A stretch of DNA of 63,577 bases, filler included, from Octopus bimaculoides (Eukaryota), in the NCBI RefSeq assembly GCF_001194135.2. It is 5 parts of 5 records of this genome, joined end to end, with 100 filler letters (N's around TTAATTAATTAA, not from the genome) between each part and the next. Parts side by side here need not be neighbours in the genome. Positions count along the whole stretch, not along the records: positions 62,158 to 63,577 come from NC_068989.1; 4 more parts are not named here. One strand, given 5' to 3'. Below, in pieces: positions 62,629 through 63,577 of this stretch (positions are counted from its first letter, which is position 1; each line of letters begins with the position of its first letter). Made by a program: the position numbers and the translations under genes. The notes beneath the pieces were generated by a model. The model was not told the origin of the DNA and searched no databases. It saw only the letters and a program-made list of their open reading frames with translations.

Positions 62629-63577
62629 ACGAATGTACTTATAATGGAAGGAATTATAGAGGAATATTTAAGATCGACTGCAACACGTGTGTATGTGACA
62701 GAAATGGCAAACCAATTTGTACAAATTTACGTTGTGGTTATGGGAAGGAACCTTCTTGTACCTATCAAGGCAAACGTTACAATGTAGGACAGACATTCCA
62801 GCAGTCCTGTAATACATGTGTATGCAAAAATGATGGCCAGATACAATGTGACAACAAAGACTGTACTAAACGATGTAATTATAAAGGAAAGCAGTACCGA
62901 GAAGGTGAAGAATTCCAAGACAACTGTAATAAATGTAAATGTCATTCTACTGGATATGTTCAGTGTACCAATAAAGTGTGTCAGTGCCAATACAATGGTA
63001 ACGTCTACAGAATTGGAGAGATGTTTAATGATGGATGTAAGCCTTGCACTTGTCAAACTACAGGAATAGTGCAGTGTAACAGTGGTAGATGTGGATGTTA
63101 TTATAAAAATATACGATATGAAAACGGCCAAACTTTCACTGATGATTGCAATGCATGCGAATGTTTAAATAATGGTCTGGTTAAATGTACTAAGAAAATT
63201 TGTAAGTGTTACTTCAGAGGAAAAGTATTAAGTGTTGGTCAGAAATTTGAAGGGGATTGTAACACTTGTTATTGTAGAGGCAACGGTCAGTTAGAATGTA
63301 CAAAGAAAATTTGTCAATGTACTTATCAAGGACAGACATATCGAGTTGGACAAATATTTAGAAATGATTGTAACCAATGTGAATGTTTAAGAAGCGGTAT
63401 TGTGCAGTGCTCTAACAAACCATGTAATTGCATATACAATGGAAACTCCTACCAAATAGGAAGTACATTTAAAAAGGACTGTAATACGTGCACATGTAAA
63501 GCTGATGGGACTGTAGATTGCACAACAAATCAATGTACCTGTACTTATAAAAATGAGGTTTATAATTTCGGAGCAGT
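62629..63577 (+). CDS. Large exon (runs off the window) encoding 8 complete and 1 partial tandem six-Cys vWC-like/pacifastin-like repeats, consensus CxYxGxxYxxGxxFxxDCNxCxCxxxGxxxCTxxxC
   Basis: Acceptor tgcttctcttctttacag; the frame from 62631 is open to the window end (ECTYNGRNYRGIFKIDCNTCVCDRNGKPICTNLRC...CTYKNEVYNFGA); mostly 37-aa period. Confidence 0.93.

Noticed and set aside
62727-63131. Minus ORF 62727-63131 and plus ORF 62818-63069
   Set aside because: Alternative frames of the Cys-repeat exon.

Overview
Repeat-dense eukaryotic genomic DNA with many N gaps, most likely Octopus, possibly O. bimaculoides. The taxon is inferred from recalled cephalopod SINE sequences and the extreme microsatellite density, not from a search. 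Four identical 44N-TTAATTAATTAA-44N linkers split the window into five separately assembled pieces, so long-range adjacency is uncertain. Host genes: (1) eight phase-consistent + strand exons (20186-38525, 1316 nt, ~438 aa, no start or stop seen) of a large amphipathic protein, probably apolipophorin/large-lipid-transfer-like, with an RMRR furin-type site; (2) an open-ended + strand exon (62629-end) encoding at least 8 tandem 37-aa six-cysteine vWC/pacifastin-like repeats. The ORF track does not resolve either gene. The rest is transposon-derived: at least four tRNA-type SINE families, a near full-length decayed RTE LINE with nested insertions, a TIR-bounded decayed hAT transposon carrying two inverted SINEs, an R4/Dong-like fragment, and several MITEs. 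The most unusual signal is a ~500-bp inverted-repeat element (39830-40335) whose two arms each carry a minimal type I hammerhead ribozyme-like motif of the Penelope type. All alignments and folds were done by eye.
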